DNA of 64,000 nucleotides, from contig QPMI01000174.1 in the NCBI GenBank assembly GCA_004431415.1, positions 62,001 to 126,000 of the forward strand, written 5' to 3'. The translations under genes and the position numbers were made by a program. This DNA is from Cyanophora paradoxa CCMP329. Taxonomy: Eukaryota; Plantae; Glaucophyta. The notes under the pieces were generated by a model, which saw only the letters and a program-made list of their open reading frames with translations, had not been told where the DNA came from and ran no database searches. Shown here piece by piece: positions 63,490-64,000 of the stretch. Position 1 is the first letter of the stretch, and the number at the start of each line of letters is the position of its first letter.

Positions 63490-63925
63490 GAGTTAATCTT
63501 ACTGAGAATGGTTTGGTAGGCACTTTACATTTCTCAGAAAATGAAAGTGAATATTTGGAATCAAACGTATCTCTATGATTCATAGTAATCTTACTGAATA
63601 TCGTTTGGTAGGCACTTTATTTTTCTCAGATTATGAAAGTGAGTATATGATATATATGATGTATCCATCGTATATTTATGTTTTCATAAAAATGTCTTAC
63701 TGAAAATGGTTTAGTAGGCACTTCATAATATAGATTAGGCACTTTTATGGTGTAGTTAGGCAGATTAGGCAGGTTAGGCACCTTTTTTAAAAACTCCCCA
63801 TAGAATTTTTTTTTACGTCATTCAAAACTTAAAAATGTATTTTCAAAAAAGTTTTCCAAAATAGGCATCCAAAGTGCCTAACCGCCTAAGCCGCCTACCG
63901 CGATAAAAAAAAAGTGCCTAACTCG
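63490..63925. repeat. TAGGCAC direct and inverted repeats with AT-rich spacers (B non-coding control region)
   Basis: tcttactga...ggtaggcacttt x3, further ttaggca copies, then inverted gtgcctaa copies. Confidence 0.75.
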
Positions 63926-64000
63926 GAAAATCCGCTCCATTTCAGTAATAACAAATTGTACATGATGAAATCGCGATTGCTTGAATCGATCACGTAAAAA

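Larger units (their letters stand above)
34563..64000. mobile_element. Main part of outer Polinton-like virus (element B), right end outside the window
   Basis: Carries the core gene set homologous to A. Confidence 0.88.

Overview
The window consists almost entirely of nested eukaryotic mobile DNA, and no host gene is recognisable. (1) Element B, an AT-rich endogenous Polinton-like virus, occupies 1-2900 and 34563-64000; both of its ends lie outside the window. (2) Element A (2901-34562), a related but diverged and complete element, is inserted into B's giant fibre gene. It has a 6-bp TSD (CTGATT) and ~150-bp TIRs whose outer 75 bp form hairpins with perfect 28-bp stems; the two ends differ by one compensatory base pair. 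(3) A GC-rich APE-RT-RNase H non-LTR retrotransposon (49969-58357, 17-bp TSD) sits between two B genes. A and B both encode an rve integrase, a protein-primed PolB with eroded exonuclease motifs, a TVpol (PolA-like)-SF3 helicase, an A32-like packaging ATPase, a probable major capsid protein, two penton-like paralogues, a patatin-discoidin fusion and a 2000-2900 aa modular phage-like fibre. A also carries a pyruvoyl AdoMet-decarboxylase-like gene, an iteron-like 32-bp array and a 3.57-kb tandem duplication of the capsid module. Many 1-bp homopolymer frameshifts occur and may be long-read errors. All protein calls come from motif recognition by eye, not database searches.
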